Positions 59,078-64,000 of a stretch of DNA of 64,000 nt are shown piece after piece (positions within the stretch are counted from its first letter, which is position 1; each line of letters starts with the position of its first letter). This DNA is from Schizochytrium sp. TIO01. Taxonomy: Eukaryota > Protista > Bigyra: Labyrinthulomycetes. The notes beneath the pieces are model-generated. The model ran no database searches. It saw only the letters and a list, made by a program, of their open reading frames with translations, and had not been told where the DNA came from. The stretch spans positions 5,674,483 through 5,738,482 of the forward strand of contig SMSO01000032.1 in assembly GCA_004764695.1 (NCBI GenBank), in the 5' to 3' direction. A program made the translations under genes and the position numbers.

Positions 59078-59305
59078 GAAGGAGTCACACAAAAGAAACC
59101 TCGGTGTTTCAATACCAAGCCCCGAGAAAATTCCAAGAAACTTCTCTCGAAGGAGTCACACAAAAGAAACCTCGGTGTCTTAATACCAAGCCCCGAGGAA
59201 AATTCAAGAAACTCTCCTTAATGAGGAACCTAATAATGACCTATGAAAGAACGCTCGGTGTTTCAACACAAAAACCCGAGGAAATTTCAAGAAACTCTCC
59301 TCAAT
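59078..59305 (+). repeat. 71-bp repeat (2 tandem copies + 1 diverged partial) with CTCGG...CCGAG inverted pair
   Basis: GAAGGAGTCACACAAAAGAAACCTCGG at 59078 and 59149; partial copy from ~59245. Confidence 0.85.
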
Positions 59306-59454
59306 GATTAAAAGAGACGCGCAGAGCATTCTTCGAACCTTCTCCAAGCTTCTAGAATGTTCACAGTATCATCCTTATAATTTAACTTCATGCATTAAGT
59401 GCTCTGTGATCTCCGGGGAAGTAAACCCCAAATTATATTCTTGGTTTCTCCAAA

Positions 59455-61872
59455 ATGCAGCAAGACAGTGACACCAGCGATTCGTCTGATAACAAGCCTC
59501 CGACAGGGCGCTTTGATGCTGCTCAAGCAGAGATAGACGCACGCGTTGCCCAAACCAGACGTCTAAAAGCCGCCACCTTACTTGATAAATCAAGTGTCCT
59601 TCCTCACAACTCCGAATACAATCGCAAGAATGATATCAATGAACTTGCATGCGTTGTCATTGAACAGCTAAAAGTACAAGACCCCAAGACAGTACATAAT
59701 GATTTTCTAAGCTTCTCCTCGACACCTGAGAGAAAAGCTGCGATCCAGCAATGCATGGAGGGAATCATCATGCAAAAGGCCACGAGCAAGTCCATTATTG
59801 ATAAGCCCAAGGTTATCAGGCGAATTATTCGCAATTATGAAAAATGCCTCAACTTCACGGTCACTGAAGAATGTTTGGCTAAAGTCAGGGAGCTTCACGC
59901 AGAGTGGAAGCATCTTGCTGACCTCTATACAGAGGAACGTCGCCTTGATAAGGTAAAACATATCAATTCCTTCAACGATACAGAGGCTAGGCTTCGTAAA
60001 TTTATCACGACCTGTTCAATTGTACAATTCAGACATCTTTGTACAAGCTATATTAGCCCACCTTGCAGAATCAAAGAGCAGAGCAACATATCTTTCCCAG
60101 TGTCAAGAAAGGACTACAATCATTCTCGCAATAACCAAATCAAGCTGACCATTGGTGCCATTCACCGTGCACTCCAGAAAAAGGGACAATTCAACCTCGG
60201 TCTATTGGAGTTTTCACAATCATTCTTTGGGTTCTTTAAGTTCATGCTCACTACAGGTTTGAGAAATATATCAATCTGCCGTATGACCCTGGCTGACTGG
60301 ACAATCAGCTCGGATCCTCTAAGAAATCACCCTGCCGTATCTTATCATAAGAATAAGCAAGGCAACAAAGCTCTTAGTGACTCGTCGGTGCGAAAAATTG
60401 CCGTCATTTGTGTACCTACTCATGCAGACCCCACTCAGGACTCCCTTTTTAGCATAGGGCTTTTGATTGAGCTCCAGCTGCTTCTTGATCCGACAATAGT
60501 ACATGATCAAACTAAGCAAATATTCTCGTACTGTGCATCAAAGCGAGAGTCAGGACAATGGAAGCCGCCACGCGGACAGCCAATGTCAGTACGTAGCAAA
60601 TCACGAGTCTTTGACCGAACACAGAACCCTCATGAGTGGACAGCTCGCAGAGGTGCAGACCTTATGAATGGATTTCTAGATGTTGCCGCTATGGGTGCCG
60701 GATTTGGAGAAGTTCGCTGGAAGGAATATCCTGACCAACTCTACTGGCCATACAACAAACGAGCCCACTTGCTTCGTGCCGTGGCGGACGGAAAACTGAT
60801 CAAGAAAAAGATAACTGCCGATGATCGCAACCGGCAACTCGGATGGATCACAGGGGTAGAAGAAAAGCATTATGCCCTAGCACACGATCTAGCAGCCAAG
60901 AACGATGCTCCACTCGCTCTCGTTGATCGGTATGACAGCCAAACTGCGATGGCTATTCCTGCGCACCCTCTCTGGGATTTTATCAATCGAGTCCCAGACT
61001 GGCTTCTCCCCGAGAGTGCCCGTAATGTCGCACCACCAAATGAGTTCCAGAATGGTGTCGTCGTTAAAAGGATCAACTCTCAGTGTCCTGTTACTATACA
61101 CTGTGCAGATAGAGACGAGCCCATTTCGTTCTTCCGTAAGGCGTTCCGCATTGGCCTTGCTCACGGAAGTGTGTATCACGAAGATGTAAATGCGTTCTTT
61201 AAGCACCTCACTGACAAGCCTGGGTTTAAGGAGTTCCGTACCCTGATTCAGCAACACTGCACAAGAGAACTAACGAACCGCGCACACGAGTCGAACACAA
61301 CAGAGACAGACCTCATACAACAAATGACCCCTGCCGTTAGAAGGTATGTGGAAGGTCTGAAGCGTCGTTTGCGCGACGCTGAGCATAAGGCTCTTGTACT
61401 AGAGCTTGAGAAGCATTCGACAGGTTCACCATCAGAAGGCCTCGTTGAAAGCCAAGATACAGATCCTTCTCCCCTAGCTGCACTTTACAAGAAAATTGAA
61501 TCCGTGGAAGAATTCAAAGGAGTAATAGCAAAACTCTCCGAATACATCAATCAGGAAGACTTCCATACACTTTGTCATGAAACTGTTCGGCGCCAAATCC
61601 TTCCGGCTATTATCCTATTGACCGAGCGCGACCCTAACCTTCCAGCATTTGTTCTTCCTCAACGGACTAGTGAAGGAAAGTTACTTGTCTCAATCCTCGC
61701 CGTTAGCATTTTAATGGCAAAGTTCGGAGCAAGTAGCCTCCAACGTGCTTATAAGCAGGGTACTTCTCGTAGTTGGCGAGGGTTTGTGGAAAATCGCAAG
61801 GTGGACTGGAAGCCGTATCTGACAACCCCTCAAGCACTCCTCGGCGTGATGCAAACCCCTAACCCTCAATAA
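59455..61872 (+). CDS. Tyrosine recombinase/integrase (Crypton/Ndc10-like), 805 aa
   Basis: Catalytic residues in canonical order: TTGLR270, K301, KRAH438LLR441, QLGW464, KHY473. Also HADPTQDSLFSIG, which resembles the H-x-D-P motif I associate with Crypton-type recombinases. Intronless and intact. Confidence 0.82.
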   Translation: MQQDSDTSDSSDNKPPTGRFDAAQAEIDARVAQTRRLKAATLLDKSSVLPHNSEYNRKNDINELACVVIEQLKVQDPKTVHNDFLSFSSTPERKAAIQQCMEGIIMQKATSKSIIDKPKVIRRIIRNYEKCLNFTVTEECLAKVRELHAEWKHLADLYTEERRLDKVKHINSFNDTEARLRKFITTCSIVQFRHLCTSYISPPCRIKEQSNISFPVSRKDYNHSRNNQIKLTIGAIHRALQKKGQFNLGLLEFSQSFFGFFKFMLTTGLRNISICRMTLADWTISSDPLRNHPAVSYHKNKQGNKALSDSSVRKIAVICVPTHADPTQDSLFSIGLLIELQLLLDPTIVHDQTKQIFSYCASKRESGQWKPPRGQPMSVRSKSRVFDRTQNPHEWTARRGADLMNGFLDVAAMGAGFGEVRWKEYPDQLYWPYNKRAHLLRAVADGKLIKKKITADDRNRQLGWITGVEEKHYALAHDLAAKNDAPLALVDRYDSQTAMAIPAHPLWDFINRVPDWLLPESARNVAPPNEFQNGVVVKRINSQCPVTIHCADRDEPISFFRKAFRIGLAHGSVYHEDVNAFFKHLTDKPGFKEFRTLIQQHCTRELTNRAHESNTTETDLIQQMTPAVRRYVEGLKRRLRDAEHKALVLELEKHSTGSPSEGLVESQDTDPSPLAALYKKIESVEEFKGVIAKLSEYINQEDFHTLCHETVRRQILPAIILLTERDPNLPAFVLPQRTSEGKLLVSILAVSILMAKFGASSLQRAYKQGTSRSWRGFVENRKVDWKPYLTTPQALLGVMQTPNPQ

Positions 61873-61917
61873 AACTTGTTGCGTCACCCATTGCTGCTGT
61901 GACATCTATCGTCCCCG

Positions 61918-62268
61918 ATGACCGTGAGAGATTGGGAACTTAATATGTTGGAAAGTAAATATGACGTCGACGAGGAACAAGAAGAAGAAGAGCGAGACCC
62001 GCAATATGATTTGACTTATACAATGGTAGTGACACGCAAATGGATTTGGGAAATGAGGCTTCGATATAGACAAACACGCTATCAAAATGCACAATGCTAT
62101 GTCACTGGGTGTTTGCTAAGGGAGCTCCTGAATCATCTAGATTTGGAAATTGAAAATATGGGGTTCGGACATTTTTACAAAGATAATGCTACATCTATTG
62201 CTCCATTGTACGCGAAAGATCAATACTTGGACGAGCTTCGTCGCAAATTTAGTGATAACCTAACCTAA
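61918..62268 (+). CDS. Hypothetical protein, 116 aa (acidic N-terminus), element cargo
   Basis: ATG-initiated ORF with protein-like composition filling the gap between the recombinase and phosphoesterase genes; no family recognised. Confidence 0.6.
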   Translation: MTVRDWELNMLESKYDVDEEQEEEERDPQYDLTYTMVVTRKWIWEMRLRYRQTRYQNAQCYVTGCLLRELLNHLDLEIENMGFGHFYKDNATSIAPLYAKDQYLDELRRKFSDNLT

Positions 62269-62380
62269 CCTAAACGCTAACACCAACGCCTACGCCTACG
62301 CCGATGCGTTTCGTACGCAATTGAAGGTTCAACATGAAGGCTTCAAGTGCTTTATATTATATGCAAACCCCTAACCCTCA

Positions 62381-63040
62381 ATGAAACTTGTTGTGTTGAG
62401 TGATACTCATAATCGTCACCACGAGATCCATTCCCTACCAAGAGGCGACGTCATTATCCATTGTGGTGACGCTTGTAATGTTGGTACGTGGGAGGAACTC
62501 GACTCTTTTCTTTTTTGGTTCACCAATTTACCACATAAATACAAAATTTTTGTTCCTGGAAACCACGAATTTCATCATAATGACTACCATACTTGCATTG
62601 CTTTCCTTTGTGCGTATAGAGAAAAAGCTCCAAACTTTCACGTATTAATGGACTCAGGAGTTGAGATTAATGGGCTATACTTTTATGGCTCACCATATTG
62701 CAATGGTGCACACCACGTCATGAAGAAATGGTCTTTCTATGTTGAAAGCGATAATGTAAGAGAAGCTTTGTGGGCTAAAATCCCACACGGCACAAATGTA
62801 ATTATCACCCATATTCCACCATTTGATATGCTCGATAATGGTCTTGGGTGCAAACAACTCATGAAAAGAATACTCCAAATAAAACCTATAATACATTGCT
62901 TTGGTCACATTCACGAAAAGAATGGTCAAGTTCTTCTTAACCATAGTCAAGATAATACGACTACCACCTTCATTAATGCCTCATGCTACCTAGATGATAG
63001 ATGTAAATTGATAGATCCCAAGATTATCTTTATTTATTAG
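62381..63040 (+). CDS. Calcineurin-like metallophosphoesterase (MPPED/239FB-like), 219 aa
   Basis: Motifs SDTH, HCGD, GNHE, THIPP, FGHIHE. Confidence 0.92.
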   Translation: MKLVVLSDTHNRHHEIHSLPRGDVIIHCGDACNVGTWEELDSFLFWFTNLPHKYKIFVPGNHEFHHNDYHTCIAFLCAYREKAPNFHVLMDSGVEINGLYFYGSPYCNGAHHVMKKWSFYVESDNVREALWAKIPHGTNVIITHIPPFDMLDNGLGCKQLMKRILQIKPIIHCFGHIHEKNGQVLLNHSQDNTTTTFINASCYLDDRCKLIDPKIIFIY

Positions 63041-63134
63041 AGATTCGCTTTATAAGGCGCTTGCTTTGACGACGAGCATACATGAGATTTTTCTCCGATT
63101 GAGCAGCTTCACATATAGGATCATGCACTCATTC

Positions 63135-63452
63135 TTACGTCTTTGCGAATTTATCCGATAACAATTTAAATAGACCGAGTACTGCTAAACAGAATGGAAT
63201 AAATTCCACCAATTCAGAAAGTTTTTCTTTGGCATCTAATACTTTACAATTCAAATCCACATTACTAAGGACTTGAGAATAATCATCATCCTGAAACACG
63301 ATAGGTACTATGGACATATCTCCTCCAATGTCTGCAACAAACCCAGATGGATACTCTACACGCATGACTCCATCTGTAATATCACTTACAATGATATCTT
63401 CGTTCTTGAAGGTGTGCTTGAGAATCAGATACAATGCTCGCTCGAGACTCAT
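63135..63452 (-). CDS. Hypothetical protein, ~105 aa, hydrophobic C-terminal segment, element cargo
   Basis: The ORF track starts at TTG 63461; first ATG is at 63452 (MSLERALYLILKH...). AT-rich upstream region. Confidence 0.55.
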   Translation of the reverse strand: MSLERALYLILKHTFKNEDIIVSDITDGVMRVEYPSGFVADIGGDMSIVPIVFQDDDYSQVLSNVDLNCKVLDAKEKLSELVEFIPFCLAVLGLFKLLSDKFAKT

Positions 63453-63663
63453 GATGCTCAACAGAAGTGAGTTAAGGTTTTGCTTTTACAAGCTCTGGAG
63501 TAATATATACTTATTATATATAATAATCCAAGAGGCCATTCGTAAAGTTCTTTCTAAACAATCAATTGGAGTCCCGACGCACCGAACTTTATCCCAAAGA
63601 CTAGGACCATGGTAGGGTAATTAGCAAGGATCAATGCTAAATTGATAGATCCCAAGATTATCT

Positions 63664-64000
63664 TTATTTATTAGAGATTCGCTTTATAAGGCGCTTGTTT
63701 TGACGACGAGCATACCTGAGATTTTTCTCCGATTGAGCAGCTTCACATCGAAGACCATGCAAAGTCACAGCCAGCGTAGTCGAAATATCAGGGTGGAGCT
63801 CAAACATACGCTCGACCGCTTGACACGTTTCAGAAATCATTTTTCCACGATCATCCACGCTATGTTGCTTAGGTGCTTTCAAATCTTTAATCAAGCGCCT
63901 GTTCTTACGTCTTACCACACGAAGTTGTTCCCTGGTATTCTTAATAGAATAATTGTAGGTGTTGATTGGTTGCACGAAAGTTTCTAAAAAGAGTGGAAAT
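63664..64000 (-). CDS. Hypothetical basic coiled-coil protein, 3' part (start lies beyond window)
   Basis: Frame is open to the window edge; internally repeated segments (EQLRVVRRKNRRLIK / KNLRYARRQNKRLIK). Confidence 0.55.
   Translation of the reverse strand, partial: FPLFLETFVQPINTYNYSIKNTREQLRVVRRKNRRLIKDLKAPKQHSVDDRGKMISETCQAVERMFELHPDISTTLAVTLHGLRCEAAQSEKNLRYARRQNKRLIKRISNK

Larger units (their letters stand above)
58265..64000 (+). mobile_element. 5S rDNA-inserted tyrosine-recombinase element with cargo genes (left end; extends beyond window)
   Basis: Begins exactly at the 5S break. Subterminal arrays of target-like motifs, first ORF a tyrosine recombinase, then compact intronless ORFs unlike the neighbouring intron-rich LRR genes. 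Right end not visible. Confidence 0.8.

Noticed and set aside
58620-59307. ORFs with repeated peptides; possible CRISPR-like array
   Set aside because: These are translations of the 83-bp and 71-bp DNA repeats. The units are tandem with no unique spacers, and no cas genes are present.
58265-64000. Assignment of the element to a mirusvirus or Polinton-like virus
   Set aside because: No capsid, packaging ATPase or polymerase gene is visible in the window, so the class is left open.

Overview
Eukaryotic genomic DNA, most likely from a thraustochytrid (Aurantiochytrium/Schizochytrium-like). This is inferred from the 18S sequence, the TTAGG telomeres and the subtelomeric rDNA plus long-repeat spacer layout. 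The window holds two chromosome ends joined telomere-to-telomere across an N gap (34481-~35185), probably a scaffolding join. Each arm reads, toward its telomere: 5S gene, multi-exon LRR gene, 18S-5.8S-28S unit, ~9.4 kb tandem-repeat spacer, (TTAGG)n. The left arm also carries a partial G8-domain secreted protein gene, another 5S gene, an LRR-kinase-RING/RBR-like gene and a solo-LTR-like insertion in the spacer. The main finding is on the right arm: the 5S gene stops after nt 57 (58264), where an element begins that runs off the window. Its junction forms an att/lox-like dyad, and its subterminal repeats carry many copies of the two 5S target half-sites, three of them exact. Its first gene is an 805-aa Crypton-like tyrosine recombinase with a complete R-K-HxxR-W-Y catalytic set. 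Compact intronless cargo genes follow, two of them bracketed by direct repeats. This looks like a 5S rDNA-targeting, cargo-carrying tyrosine-recombinase element (Starship-analogous or endogenous viral) in a stramenopile. No database searches were run; all calls come from reading the sequence.
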